Source: the human T2T-CHM13v2.0 reference genome, Homo sapiens. From it: a stretch of DNA of 64,000 nt. The translations under genes were made by a program, and so were the position numbers. Positions 44,456 through 59,480 of this stretch are shown here, piece by piece. Location of the stretch: assembly GCF_009914755.1 (NCBI RefSeq), contig NC_060929.1; one strand, given 5' to 3'. Within the stretch, counting starts at the first letter, position 1; each line of letters opens with the position of its first letter. The notes under the pieces are model-generated. The model was not told the DNA's origin. It made no database searches and saw only the letters and a program-made list of their open reading frames with translations.

Positions 44456-45329
44456 ATACATAAACAACCCTCTACATATAGATACACACACATTTTTTTA
44501 AAAAATTTTGAAATGTATGTAATATGGTTACGTATTTTTTAACTGAAAAATCACTGTGCATTTCAGCTCAGCAATTGAAGAATAAAACTAATTTTCATTT
44601 CTGCATGTATACTTCACAGTGTAAAAATAAAAACAGCAAAATATTCTAGTACTCTTATCAGCTATGTGGGTTATATTTCAAAACATGCTAAATGTGAAAA
44701 CCATCTTACCCATTTTAAGGATGAATAAGTTGATTGCTTGATAAATAATTACATACAAATATTTACATCGTATTCCAGTAAACTTTGAAAACTATCATGT
44801 TGAGCTTATTCTTATTATTTGAAGGAATTCACAGATATGAACATAGAAGTCCAAATGGATTTTTCTGTGATAGTTTTCTATCTTCTCCTCATCTGTTTTG
44901 TAGTATTCCTAAAAAGTCAGTATTTCTCTCATATACTTGCAGATTGATTTAATTTTTGTTTTAATGATAACTAACTTTTATTCCCAATCTCAAAGTGTTT
45001 TTAAAAAGTCTAATAAACATTATCAATCCTGTTAAAACGAAGGCTTATGTGGTAAGACCTACTGACAATCAAATTTTTTACAGGAGAATTTTCACCACTT
45101 CTGAATAAGTGGCCCATGTGTTTCAATTATGGACAAAATCAACAAAACACACCAGTAAGTGAAGCAAAGGAAAAGCCATGGGCCTGAAAACCTGGGCTTC
45201 CCTTCCTGCCATAACACAAGCTATTCAGCAGCCAAGAACAAGGTGATTCCATGGTCCTTTCCTGTGCAAGACTGCAATAGCTCTAAGTGGCCCAATACAA
45301 AGGCAGTTCCAACTCAGAGACACAGACTG

Positions 45330-45520
45330 TGTGCCCGTTACATGCCCAACTTTGCACTAGGTGCTTGTAACCTCACAGCAGCATCATAAGGATATTATCA
45401 TCCTCACTTTACAGATTACGAAATGTAGGTTAAGTGTTGTTCAGTGAACTGCCCACAGTTAGTGAGCAAGAGACCTGGACTTAAAACATTTATTTGATCA
45501 CATGTCTAACAGTCCATCAC
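45330..45520 (-). mobile_element. MIR
   Basis: attatcatcctcactttacagat...gaactgcccacag. Confidence 0.6.
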
Positions 45521-45639
45521 GAAATCTGAAAGACTCCAAACCCAAATGTCATGTGGCATCAGGACCCAATCATTACTAACAGCCACACTTAAGAATAGTT
45601 GGGAAAATATTAAATCTATAGTTCCAGGACTTCTATACA

Positions 45640-48335
45640 TTGTAGTTGGAGACACAAAATGGTACAACTACGAATGAAGCCTGGGCATAAGGCAATACCA
45701 AACAAAACTACATAAGTACTTACCCTATGACCTAGCAATCCCACTACTGGGAATTTAACCCATGGATATCCCTCCAAAAACACATACACACAAAATTACT
45801 GAATGAAGAAAAATGTGTGACTGTAAAATATTGAAAACTTTTCCTAAATATTCAAGCATAAGAGATTGGTTGAATAAACTGTGGTACACACATTCAATAC
45901 AGTGCTACGTACAAAAGAATGAGAAAGCTCTCAATAAACTGATACAGAATGATTTCTAGGAGATATTACTAAGTGGGGAAAAAACCCCAACACAGTACAA
46001 AAACCCATACAGTATGCTACTTTTAGGAAAGAAAGAATGAAGAAAAAAATGCTTATCTTTACAAAAAGAAACACAGGGAGGATTAACCAGAAAACAATGA
46101 AGTTGGTTACCTACAAGGAAGCATGGCGGAACAGGGTGGAAGGAAAATGGGAGTTGAGTTTTTGAGTAATTTTGATTTTTGAAAGCAAGTTAACCTTCTA
46201 CATATTAAAAAATAAAATTAAACAAGAACGTGAAGGAGAGGGAGCTATAACCAAAAACAACCTGAAACAATAAACCTCAGTAGATTTCAAACGAATACAT
46301 GAGCACAGGAATGAAGAAGGAAGACATGAATGATAAGAAGGAGAGAAGGGAGGACCAATCCAAGTAAATTTTGAACATAGTATTTGACTCTTAGGCCCTC
46401 TGTCTTGGCAAAGTGGTGCATGTGGATGAAAGGACAGCAAACAATTGTCCACTTTAGTGGTCTGACCAAAGCAATTCTGAAACTATGTGATATGTGTTAC
46501 AGAATTGAGCAAATGAGTAAATGTGTGGCTTTTTTTGGAAGCCAAGGTTCTCATGGCCAAAGAAAGGACATACAAATATAAAATGAGGGAGAGTAAGGAA
46601 GAACCCTGTGGCTATGGACAGAACTGGAAGTATGCTGTGAACTCCTGATTTCTAAGCTATGTATCAATATGTGTATGCTTATATGCACATGTGCACATAT
46701 ATTTCTATTTGTATATATGTGTATTAGGGTCTATGTGTGTATATATGAAAGCATTATTCCCTAGCTCTGTCAACTGAAAAGGCCAAGAATCAAAGTCGCC
46801 CTAGTAGCAATGACCACACCTAGCACCCAGATCTAGATCATTTCCTAGTCAAAGGAACCAGAGCTCCTCGGAAGAATGGCTAACACTCAGGGTAGGGACA
46901 GGGTTGATACAACATGCACCTGAAATATATTATACCAAAAAAGGAAGATATTAGCCCTAAAATGATGGGGGCAGATCCCAAAGGCAGGAGTCAGATTGAA
47001 AGGGTTCCCAATGACCAAATGTGAACAGCAAAATAGTTAGGTACCTGTGTGAACTAATGCAAGAACATAAAACCAAATACCAGGTGTTCTCACTTATAAG
47101 TGGGAACTAAACATTGAATACACATGAACATGAAGATGGAAACAACAGACACTGGGGACTACTGGATGGGGGAGGCATGGGCTGAAGAACCACCTGTTGG
47201 GTACTAAGCTCACTGCCTGGGTGACGGGATCATTAGGACCCCAAGCCTCACCGTCACACAATATACCCATGTAACAAACCTGCACATGTACCCTTTAATC
47301 TATAATAAAAGTTGAAAGTATTAAAAAAAAAATAGGTATGTAATGTATTTTAAACCATTGAAAAAATAGAAGTTAATAAATACTGACAATAAATAAAAGG
47401 GAGAGAAGGCAGTGCTCTTGTTTCAGTGGAATGCTGAGGGCTGACTCATAAATGTGGAGGGAGTACAGAGCTAGAAAAATCAGCGTTTTGCAACCATCTT
47501 AGTAGAAGACGATCAGGCAAGAATCCTCAATGAATGCTAAATTTACAGAGAATTTTAAAGAGGAACTGGGTATTTGCATTGATTTAAAGTATCTCCCCAC
47601 AGACTACTTATTAGTTGCAAGAGAGAAGCAGGAATTATACAGCAGAGAAATCAGGCAACACTGTAATGAGTGATCAAACTTGACAGCCAACGAGGGACAG
47701 GTGGTCACCATATGCCCCCAGATGAGACACCTGAGAGGGACACTATTTCACCTATGCAGCTGTACAGCTAGGAATGCATAACCTTAGTCTAATCATGAGG
47801 AAACAGCTGAAAAACATGAAATAAGAAACTCTCTGTTTTAAAACAGTGGGGTATAACTGTATTCTTTTAAAATGTCAATTTTATAAAAGATAAAAAAATG
47901 CTATGAAAGTGTTCCAGATTAAAGGAGGTTATCTGAATTCTATACCATAGGGGAGAAATGCTAAAAAGGACATTATTGGGTTAACCAACAAAATTGGAAT
48001 ATGGAAGCTAGATGGTAAAAGTATTATATCATTATTAATGTATTAAGTTGTTAACCATACTGCAGTTACATCGGAATATCCCTATTCTTAGGAAATACAC
48101 ACTTACATATTTATAGTCTATGACATACGTAACTTACTCTCAAGCTGTTCTAAAGAGAAAGGCCTGTGTGTGTATGGAGAGAAAGAAGGCACAAATAACA
48201 AAGGAAGTGAAGTAAAATGTTAACCATAAGTGACTCTAGGTAACAGTAAATGAATATGTTCTTCGTAATATTTTAATTTTTACAATTTTTTAAATAAATT
48301 TTGAGTTGTTTTCAAATAAAAATACTTTTTAAAAA
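45640..48335 (+). mobile_element. L1MC-type (L1MC3/4-like) long 3' region
   Basis: ttaccctatgacctagcaatccc; ccctagctctgtcaactga...agcaatgaccacacctagcacccagatc; ends ttttcaaataaaa. Confidence 0.75.
47045..47333 (+). mobile_element. L1PA15-17-like 3' end, inserted in L1MC
   Basis: gttctcacttataagtgggaactaaac...aataaaagttgaa poly-A; TSD aaaatag(t/g)ta(g/t)gta. Confidence 0.85.
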
Positions 48336-48679
48336 TCTATATTACCATGTAAAATGTGAAAGGAACCCTTGGCTTAACGTAAGTGAGACCTCTTGCGCTT
48401 GTTGACAAACAGTGATGACTCCTGGCCATCATCGCTTCCCGTGTACTCTCCTTAAAGCAAGCCCGAGAGTTCTGCCAAGTGGATCTCATTACTCACAGCC
48501 AGAGTTGCCAGGAACCTTTTGGTTCTACATCCTGTCACACGGGGTAACTTTAGCTGAGGTTAGTTTCCTGAGGTATTATACATAAAAGTAAGCACAGCAG
48601 CATTTATTCATTCTTTCATTTATTTCACAAGTGTGCTTACTACATGCCAATTTCTGGGCTTAGTCCTGTGTTAGGAATT

Positions 48680-50600
48680 ACATCCTCCTCTTGTTGCCAA
48701 AACCAAGAAATTCCAGTATTATCCTAAATTCCTATTTTCCACAAAAACATTGAATCTGCTACCAATCAGAAACAATTTAACCTCCTAAATGCTTCCCAAA
48801 TCTGCCGACTTCTTTCCGTCTTTGCAGTGAGTCCCCTCTTGTCTCCCCTTGATCACATCTCCTACTCTGTCTGCCTCTGTGCTCACGTCTGTGGCATGTT
48901 CCACCCTGCAGCCAGAGTGTGCTTTCTTAAATGCACATCCGATCATGGAGGGTGAAGCCCAGAGTTAATGTAACACCCAATTTCCCCGCAAGTCCTCAAT
49001 CCATTCTCAAGTGCTGAGTCTGAGCTCATGCCCACAGTTAAGAGAGGCCCTCCCCTAAGAAGAGTCAGGCTGAACCAGGCAGTGTGCTGGAACCACCCCA
49101 CCTTCTTTAGGTCTTCTACCCCACATCTCCAGAGGGAATAGGCAGACATGGAAACCCAATCCTCACTCCCTTCCCAATCGACTGGACCAATTCTCATGAT
49201 GCTCCTTATCTCTGTATATCTCAGTCACCCCCCAGTAATGCTCAGCATACCCCCTCGCCTGTCTCTTTCTTCATCACTACTCAACTCCTGAAACCCTTGC
49301 TTTGTGCCCTCCGGAATTCATGACCTCTCATCAGCAAACCCCCTCACTCCTCAGTCTGTTCTCTCATATGTCCTTCACCTTGCTGCACTAGGAGACCCCT
49401 GGCTCTCTCTGAAGACCCTGTTTCCACTGTAGCCCTCGAGGGATGGCTGTGTCTTCTGTCTCCACTGTTCTTCCATCTCTGAACCTAAAAGTGGGAAGGA
49501 TCCTTCCTGCTCCACATTGCTGCTTTCAGACCGTTCTCTTTCCTTCCCCCTAAAACTCCCAGCTTTGGATCTCATCAGTTGATGAAATTCTGCAGTCTTT
49601 CACGGTGGGTGTCATCCTGAAAGTCACCCTCCTCATATGTTGATGCTGGCACAGTACCTGCCAGCTATATTTCTGTTTATTTCCCTTGTGCCAAAACTCC
49701 TAAAGAGTTGTCCACACTCACCATCTCCAAATCTCCAATTCTTATCTTCCTGTTACCTCTCTTATGGGTTTTTCTTAATGAATATGCATCAATTTATTTG
49801 TTCATTCCCCCGTTAATGGAATTCTGGGTTAATTTCTTTTTCTGACTTTTACATAAGTGCTGCACAGAACACCTCTCTAGGGTACACATACTTAACAGGG
49901 GAACTGCTGGGTTGAAGCTCACTCTTCCAATCTACTGAAACTCACCTTGTCAATGATCTCCTACATTCCTAAATTCAGTGGCCCATTCTCAGCCTTTACC
50001 CTGTATGACATATCAGCATCATCTGACACATGCTTAATACATGACTTTTACTTGGCATTCAGCATAATTACTGTTCCTTCTATCTCACTGGATGATTCTT
50101 TTCAGCCTCCTTTGCTGGTTCTCTCTCTTCTTTTCTCATTTATACTCATTCTCCTAGTGATTTCAGGTAGTCTCGTGGCTTCAAAAAGTAGCAGATGCCA
50201 ATTTTATATATTCAAATTTATATATTCTGCTCAGACGTTGGTACTAAACTCCAGGCTCACATAGCTCACTTCTTATTTAATATCTCCCCTTAGATGTCTA
50301 AAGGACATCTCAAATTCAACATGTTCAAAACGGGACTCCTGATCTTCCTCCTCAAGTCTGCTCTATCCATAGCCTTCCCCACCTCACCTGATGATAGCTC
50401 TATACTTATACCTCCTGCTTCTCAGGCCAAACTCGTTTAAGTGACCAGGACTCCTCTCTCTCATATCTGCCCACATTCAGGAAACCCTGGTGGTAAAATC
50501 CATAATCCAACAGCTTCTCCGCACTTTGTTGTCACCCTGATCCACTGAGATAGAGACACTATCATCTCTTGCCTGGATTTTGAAATAAGCTTAAGTTGTT
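48680..50600 (+). mobile_element. L2 fragments, including an ORF2 endonuclease-region remnant (~49290-49470) and 3' region
   Basis: tgtgccctccggaattca...ggagacccctggctctctctgaagac (ALWNS..ETWLSPED-like); gatgtctaaaggacatctcaaattcaacatgttcaaaac. Confidence 0.7.
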
Positions 50601-50639
50601 GAATGAGTAAACAAGTAACAGCCTTAGTTCTCAAGGTAT

Positions 50640-51400
50640 TCAGTGAAAATCAACCATCTGATAATAAACTTTAAAAAATTTCAGCACCTAGTAAAAAACA
50701 CGTATTCCTAAAACCAAGAACTAACACATAGTGATAAAACAGTAGTGATATTTTCATTAAAACAGAAAGCCAATCAAGGATGCCTTATATTGCTATAACA
50801 CTTAGTACTCTTCTAGAAGTTCGGACTAATACTACAAATGTGAAATTTACACAGTAGGATTGAAGGAATAAATTATTTTCATTTGCAAGTGATATACCTA
50901 TAAAAATTTATGAGAATCAAATTAAGAACTCAGCTGGAATACAAGAATTCGGCAAAACGACTAGATATGAGATAAATAAAATTCCACAGCTTTCAATTCT
51001 CCTATCAAAAACCAGTTAGAAGAGATAATAGAAAGAAAAGATTGCATCCACAATAGCAAGAAAAAAAGTAAAACACATAAAAAGAAAACTTATCAAACAC
51101 CATGCAGGAACCTATGAATAAATTTAGCAAAAAAGGGAAAATTCTTATGATACAATATAAAATACAAAAGCATGTACAAAACCACATAGGGGATAATCTA
51201 CATGTATGTATAAATATATATACATTCACACTGATAGGGTGAAATCTAGAAGCAACTGTATCAAAATATTAATATTCATGACCTCTGAGTTTTAGGATAA
51301 TGAATAATTTTAATTTTCTTCTTTGCAGGGTATTTTCTGGATTTTCTACAGTGAACATGTACGATCTTTATACTAAAAGTTTAGTTTTTTGTAAAAAATT
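50640..51400 (+). mobile_element. Old L1ME-type fragments
   Basis: caaggatgcc...ttctagaagt; aagaattcggcaaa; acagtgaacatgta. Confidence 0.55.
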
Positions 51401-52937
51401 ATGTAAACAACAGTACTTATTTGGAAGTTTAATGCATGAAAGCATCTCTGAATTTGGCCTAAATGCAATGACCATACTAAGTCTTTCTGACCAGACCAGC
51501 AAACCAGCAGAATAAGCATTTCAACCATTCTTCATGCTGAATGTGATTACTGTTCCAAGTGATGGGTTTTAAGGGGCTTTTAAATTCAATTTGTGAGTAC
51601 AGTTAGGCCTCCATAATAATCAACCTAATTCAACCATTATGTAAATCACTGCCTCACAGAGAGGTACCCTGGTGGAGAAAGAGAAAAGACCACAAGCAAG
51701 AATACTTAGGAAACAGAATGCTTTGACTAAATGAATGTGATACTTAACAGCAATAAAAAAAAACCTTTAATTCAAGCCTCTGAGTTATATGACCTGCTTT
51801 GTCACCTTCTTAAAGATCACTGACATTGAGCTTAATGACCTAGAAGTGTGCAGTGCCTTGGGCCTCCCCAGACATCCATTTCATCTCAAAGCTGAGGAAG
51901 GAATGAGGTGGGGGTGGGAGACACCTAAGCCGAGTACACAGGAAACAGGGTCATTCGATGGAGACTGTCATTTGAAAAATAACATGATGATATCAATTTT
52001 GTTGCTGTTGTTTTTGCCTAATCATGAAGTCCAAGAAGATGAAAGTTCAGCTTAGCTGGGACTTTGCCAAATATTTATCCTGAGACAGTAGTAGACATAT
52101 ATTTTAAGGCACTGTAATAATAACATGAAAGTCATTCACCAGAGGACCTCACTCACAAAAATAACTTATAAGGAAAGAATACTTTGAATAATAGTAATGC
52201 TTCCATAAGTCTTTTGATTATCATATTCTGCTAAAAAAACTTGAAACATTACTTTCAAATATATCTAACAGATCTTACTCCTTGCATTATTATTATTTAG
52301 ATGAATTATTATTCATGTGAACCTAATGGCAACATAGGGAGAAACTACAAAACCCTCCTAATTAGCTACTCTACTTTTTGCATGATTTTAATTCAGTCTT
52401 ATATTATAATGCACATCTTTTAAAATTGAGATGTCTAATCAGGAGCTGAAGAACACATTGGATTTCCTCCAAACTAAACCATAAGAACAACTATATGGCT
52501 TCTGTACTATCATTTCTTTAAAAATCTGGAATTCCCCTTCCTTACAAGTTGTTAAAACTCATTTCAAAATCCAGTTTTAATTGTATCAGTAAATGGCAGC
52601 ATGCCATATAGTTCAGGATGAGATAATGTTTTTTTCCTATTAGGAGAACAAAGAGTAGCATCAGGTTTTCTGATGTGGCAGCACACAGTGTCTCAGTGCA
52701 TCAGCTCATTGATCATTCAACAGATACTTATGAAGTACCTACTACATGTGAGGCACTCTGCCAAATACCATACCCCAAATGTAGCTGCAGCTCTCCTATT
52801 CCTGTGTCTCAGTGTGTGCATGCATAAGCACCAATTTACTTTTCTTTAATCAAGAAAATCAATTCAACTCCACTTAGTTTTTGTTCTGCACAAAGTTAGT
52901 ATCAAAAAGACAGAAGAGTAGATTCTCCTATATCGTG

Positions 52938-53015
52938 TTTTCACTCATGTATCCCATAAATATGGATTAAACATCTTATTTTCACTCATGTATCCCATAA
53001 TATGTGGTTTACACT
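52938..53015. repeat. Tandem duplication, period 41 (22-bp perfect core ttttcactcatgtatcccataa x2)
   Basis: Read directly. Confidence 0.9.
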
Positions 53016-53694
53016 AGTAGCACTTCAATGAAGCATTATTTTCACAGGTAGATCAAAAGGAAGCTTTCACATCCTTGCCTTCTTTCGACCATTTTTCTCA
53101 AAGACACACATCAAGGCATGAAAGCACATCCAGGCACTGACAAGTTCTGTGCCCATTACCCAAATACTCCCAGAGGACATTGCCAAGTTGCAAAGCAAAG
53201 GCCGGCATTTTTACATTCTCCCTTGAAAGCATCCAGAATTTCCATCTGGTTTGTCTATCACACTCAATGAGGAAAAGAGCAGAAGTAAGACTCCCAAAAG
53301 GTTGTTTAATTTACATTAGAGCAAAATTAGAATGCATTTTGGCAGTCCTGAATGCAGGCTATACCCTTCTGATTATAATTCCTACCTTCTACCCTCACAG
53401 AGAGTACTGGAAAGCAAATTACACTAACAACAATGATCACCTCCTATTCTCTCCTCTGCCTTAGAAAGGTTTTACTTTCCTTTGCTAAATCTAAAATGCC
53501 CATTTCTCCATTACCCTCTCACTCATTTCTATTCACTTCCCTTTCCTTCCTTGAGAAGTTGTGCATGTGAGTTAATTAACCTGGTTCCATGTGGAAGCAG
53601 CTGAAGAAAACATTTCTTCACAATGTCTTTTAAGCTACAAATGAACACACAAGACACCCCTCTTCTAATTTAAGCTAAGGGCTTGGAAACTTAC

Positions 53695-53758
53695 ATCTTT
53701 TCCCAGTACTCTGAGTTCAAATTGAGTCTCCTTGAAGTGAACCTTTGTAATCCGAGGC
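53695..53758 (-). CDS. EPB41L4A: EPB41L4A coding exon (probably exon 9): (W)[21 protein letters not shown]
   Basis: 64 nt; acceptor gttttttag, donor gtaagt; WPRITK..FK FERM-C motif. Confidence 0.96.
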
Positions 53759-54356
53759 CTAAAAAACAAAGCAGATGGTGTTGCTGCTGTTTTTAAGTAT
53801 TAACCTTTCAGAAAATCAGGGAAGTATCCAGTGGAAAAAGACTGGTGAATACTGGCTCCTTTATATACTGCTCCATACCCAGTACATACAGCGACAGAGA
53901 GATTTCCCCATACACTCTAATGAAAACTCCATTCTCATTGTCCTATGCTTCTCCACTAAATGCACAATGACCTTAGAATCCCTAGATTGTGGCAGTGCTG
54001 CCTTCCCAAACACAGTGCAGAGCCATGGGCTTCCCAATCTCTCCAACTCATCCCCATTTGGAGCTAAAAGTCAGAATAGTCCTGGATCCACAGCCCACCA
54101 GCACATACTGAAATGGGTGAGAAATCCTACTACACACAGCTCCCAGGGAAAAGAGAGTCTAGAATCACAGTGTCTGAAATTTACAGAGAAAACATATGCT
54201 GAGGTGCAACAGGAGAAAACTCACACCCAATTTCACTCATTTATTTATCACCCACTGGAAATATACCTGTTTTCTTTTCCCCAACTCTTTCACTGACACA
54301 GGAGTCCCATAAGCCCAAAACATAGAATGCCAACTCTGTTCTCAAGCCATACCTAC

Positions 54357-54445
54357 CAGAAATACTTCCCCACTTGCTTTTTATTCTTGTACACAACAAC
54401 ACCAACCGGAGTTAATCCTAAGAAATACTCAGACTTGTTTTCTCC
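54357..54445 (-). CDS. EPB41L4A: EPB41L4A coding exon (probably exon 8): [29 protein letters not shown](W)
   Basis: 89 nt; acceptor tttttgcag, donor gtaggt; LGLTPxG motif of the FERM F3 lobe. Confidence 0.96.
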
Positions 54446-54732
54446 CTGCAAAAACAAACATATGCCTATAACCACATATTCACATAAAATCTCTTTGTCA
54501 AACTATAATTGACCATACAAATATAATTTGTTACATTAATATTGGATTTAATTTTTGAAAGACATCAGCCTAGAAAGCTAGATACACTATGATAGTAGCT
54601 AACTTGTTGCTTATTTTTTTCAAAGTTTTAAAAGAAACTTTCTGTTGGCGTTCTTCATACTTGTTACTTCAGTTCATTAAAATGAGCCTGGGCTACCAGT
54701 CAGGCCAATGGGACTTACCCAACTTTCCTTAC

Positions 54733-54911
54733 ACAGTGGTGTTCAATCCTAGCAACATATTAACTGGAATCACTGTGCAGCTTAAAATGCTGATGCCTGG
54801 GCATTACCAGAAACAGTTAAATCAGAATCTCTAATGAAGAGGCCAAAGTAGCAGAAAAAACACAGGACTCCCAGGTGATACTTCTGTACAGTTAAAGACT
54901 GAGAACCACTG
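54733..54911. mobile_element. MER5A/B (hAT-Charlie)
   Basis: CAGTGGTGTTCAA...GAGAACCACTG termini; ttaaatcagaatctct. Confidence 0.8.
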
Positions 54912-56293
54912 GCATCTATCAAGGGTGCTTTTGAATGGCTTGATTTATCTCCGATGCGGACAATCATGAAACCCACTGCATCCCCACCCCAACTCTCTCT
55001 AGAAAGTTTAGGCAGTCACTAGCAGACACACACTTGAATTTTTTGAAGTCTCTATCATGTTTCTTCCTACTTCCACCTATAACTTTAAGAGTGCTCAAAA
55101 ATGTAAAAGTATAATCTCTTCTGGTAAAGACTAGAGAACCTTTATTTTAAGGCAATAATAAATCCAAATTTTAAAAACAGGATCTTAAAATGAAAAAGTC
55201 ATAGAGTAGATACCAAGGACATGCACAGCACTGTTTGTGAGAATGTTATTTCTACTCTAAGATAAATGGTAACCTGCAAAATTATATTCACAAAGAACAT
55301 AAAGCAATACATTTGGAGGAATACCTGCCAATGCCCACTTTCAGTTCTTAAAATTCAAATCTTAAAGGAATGCACTGAAGAGTCTAATAAATCTAGCTCA
55401 TTTGCCATAAATTTCTACCATCAACAGAAGGTGATTTCTAATTAGGATAAACATTATACAAATGTAGAAGCATTTTGCAGAAGACTCTCTTTATAAATTT
55501 CCTATGGAAAGTTTTCTTTTAAAAACTGAAAACCTAACAAGATTAATGTGGCTAAAGGGAGGGAAGGTAAAACGATAATGATTCTACAGTTTTAGCAGTA
55601 TTCTTAAAGGACAGTGCTATGAAGCATTAATGACCTAATGAAATTGGAATCTAATATATCAGGGAACTACTTCTTCCCCACAATCTATAGCTTTTATTGC
55701 CACATTAAACAGGAATGCTTCTAACTGTAAAAATAATATGAGATTGTTTCTTCTTGGAGGAAATGCTAATGAGCAAAAGACATATACAAAATGAATGCAT
55801 GAGTGTTATTTGCACTAGATAAAGTTTTATTAGGGTTCTTTAAAAACTGAGTTCCATAATCCAATTGATTAAAAAAAATCAGTCTATAAATACTCTCCAG
55901 CAATTCATTTCCTATAAAGAATAAAGTACCTGGCTCATTTCCTCAAATAAAATTTAACTATTGCTATCCACATTCCTCTTAATTCAAAGGCAAAGGCTTT
56001 CTAATCTCATTGACATAGAATAATCAATTGGTAGCCTAAGAGAGGTAGCTCAAAGGTTAAAACCCGGATCCAGAACACTCAGTGCAGATTCAGTGTAATT
56101 GCTCACTGATGACTATTCAGCAAGTTTTCATAAACCACTGAAAAAAATCTGCAAAAATATTTCTATTAATGCAGTGATACCTACAGTAGGTGGTAACCTT
56201 CATATTGACAGAATCAACAGTAGTTGCACCTGGCCTATTGCCTAACGCATCCTTTACCTGGCAAGTGATTGTATTTATGTTTTGCTGCCATAA

Positions 56294-56689
<396 letters not shown>

Positions 56690-56957
56690 TAGCTAAGCCC
56701 TTTGTATCTGTTATCCAGATTGTGTTTTCAAGCCCACTTAATTGTTTTCTACACATGGAAATATAATCACAGATTTTTATGCAAAACTCATTAGGGTTTA
56801 ATCCACACGAGAGCTGCTTTGTGTTAGAAAAACAGATAAAAAAGTATCATCTGCTTGCTAAACAACAGGACTGCAGCTTTCCTTTGGGAGTCTCAGTGAC
56901 TTTTTAAGAAAAATGTCATCAGCTTAAAATATTTTGTGTTAATTAAATGTTACTCAC

Positions 56958-57045
56958 ATAGACGGGATGGAGGTCAACGCCATACATCTCCAGGGATTTG
57001 GCAGTCCTCAAGTAATTCAGCTCAGCCTCAGAAGGAATCTGACCC
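56958..57045 (-). CDS. EPB41L4A: EPB41L4A coding exon (probably exon 7): (M)[29 protein letters not shown]
   Basis: 88 nt; acceptor gggtgtag, donor gtgagt; [13 protein letters not shown] signature. Confidence 0.97.
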
Positions 57046-57691
57046 CTACACCCAGCACAAAAACAAAGAGCCTTATTTTACAGCAGCTACTGCACTTACA
57101 GGGATGCAAACTATCTTCATTGTATTCAATGGGAAAACAAATAATACTTTTTACTAATGCAAACTTAAGTCCTTGTATTTCAAGAAGGCCTTTGCTTCTT
57201 GGTGACAAAATTTTATACTCTGAAGTGATACTTATATTAATTTCATTTACCAAATCCATTCTGGCTCATTATAGCCTATCCCCAATGTCCCAGCATATAT
57301 TAAAAATTCTCAGTTTCAGAAACCCCTAAAGAGGTTATTGAGAATATAAGCACTCAAATTAAACACCATCCCCTTCACAAAGAGTAAAATGTCTCTGTGC
57401 ACCAGCAGCTCTCCATCCAAAGCAAAGGGAACTAGAGCAATGGTCAGCAGGAGGAAGAGAATGGGGCTGCCACCACCCAACTGGGATCATATCGAGATCT
57501 CCTGACCACATGTGTAGTTTGAAAATACATTGATTAACGTACAGAGATTGTAAAAAAGGCTTGTCATTTTCTTAATACACAGTACAGAATTCTTCCCAAA
57601 ATCTTCATTGGTGGTAATATAAAGAAAACAGCATTCATTCCTGATGAGGGTGAGCATCAGCCAGAAATCTGCACAGAAGAGTTAAATATGC

Positions 57692-57733
57692 ATGTGCAAG
57701 CGAGTGTGTGTGAGTGTGTGAGAGAGAGAGAGG
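57692..57733. repeat. (TG)n(AG)n microsatellite
   Basis: Read directly. Confidence 0.85.
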
Positions 57734-58272
57734 GATTGAGATTTTAATAGATAACCAAAGGAGGTCAAATCTCAAAAATTAAGAAATCCTGCAGTGACAT
57801 ATTTCATTTCAGTCACAATGCACTGGAAAACCACCAACGTACCATACTTTTGAAATCCATGAAGAATGTTCATCAAATTAGACACACCACACTTTGATCA
57901 AGCTTTATTCTTAGAAATAACAGTCACAATGTCAACACTATCATCTAAAACACATGAGAGCCTTTACCCAAAGCTCCTTGATAATTTCAATATATAATTG
58001 TGCTTTGAAATCCCTAGTAGAATCAGTACTCTCAGAATGTGCCAAACACATTGCCCTTCCTAATGTTATAACAAGCACTCTCTGACCATCTACTTCAGCA
58101 GAATCTGAAAATGAAGGACTCTACAATCAGGTTGGAGAGCCTTCTAGTGCATGCTAATACAACATAGAGGGCCTCTTTCTCTGACTGCAATTCAGCAGCT
58201 GACTTCTGCTTCTACACTCACTGAAACGGATCCTTTAGGCAAACATTTTTTTGTGACCAGATTAATTCTACA

Positions 58273-58724
<452 letters not shown>

Positions 58725-59359
58725 TGAATTGAAAATCCTACTAGGGGAGCGTGTCTACTCTCAGAAATGCATGCAGTGTTATCACCATACCCTCAAAGGT
58801 TTCACACTGGCATCATCACTATTTCCAGACTCGTTGCTATGGCCTGAATAGGACTTGGCTTATAACCGTGAAGAACTGGGATACTTCAGACAGAGGAAAC
58901 ATTGAAGAATATATTAATGCATTTATGGTTAAAAATTGTTGTGATTAAACATATTTATAGCTGAAAGATTAATTTCACAAGATACTGGTGACTGAAAAAA
59001 AAAAAGACTGCAAAATCTAGTATTTACAGAATGATTCCACTATGTAATATCATAAATACATGAACCTATGTATGACAAATTTTCTCTGGGAAATTGTACA
59101 TACAAAGAGATGTCTGAAAGGCCATTGACCAAAAAATGGTAACTTTACATATTGAAATTACTTTCTGCTTTACACTTTTTAAATTACTGAAGTTTTCGAT
59201 GAGCATTTTAGAGTTAAAATCAGTTAAACTATACAAAGAGGAGTATTAGAATATTAAATGCACAGGTGAAGAATTTATCATTCTAGAAACTTTTCTTGTG
59301 AATATCAGAAGATGATGACTGATGGATGATGCAATAAGACATGGTGTAATGATTCTTAC

Positions 59360-59480
59360 ATTAGAGTTTTATGAATCCTTTCTATGGCTTCTTCAAGTTC
59401 TTCCTTCTGATCAGGAACAAACCGGTACTCAGATACATATCCTGCAGTATGTTTATATGGGTCATAATCTCCAAGCTCCG
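59360..59480 (-). CDS. EPB41L4A: EPB41L4A coding exon (probably exon 6): (S)[39 protein letters not shown](M)
   Basis: 121 nt; acceptor tcttttttag, donor gtaaga; SELGDYD FERM signature; seen in ORF 59356..59577. Confidence 0.97.

Noticed and set aside
53775-54296. 173-aa plus-strand ORF filling intron 8 in antisense
   Set aside because: No recognisable domain or splice context; length is within chance for a 64-kb six-frame scan
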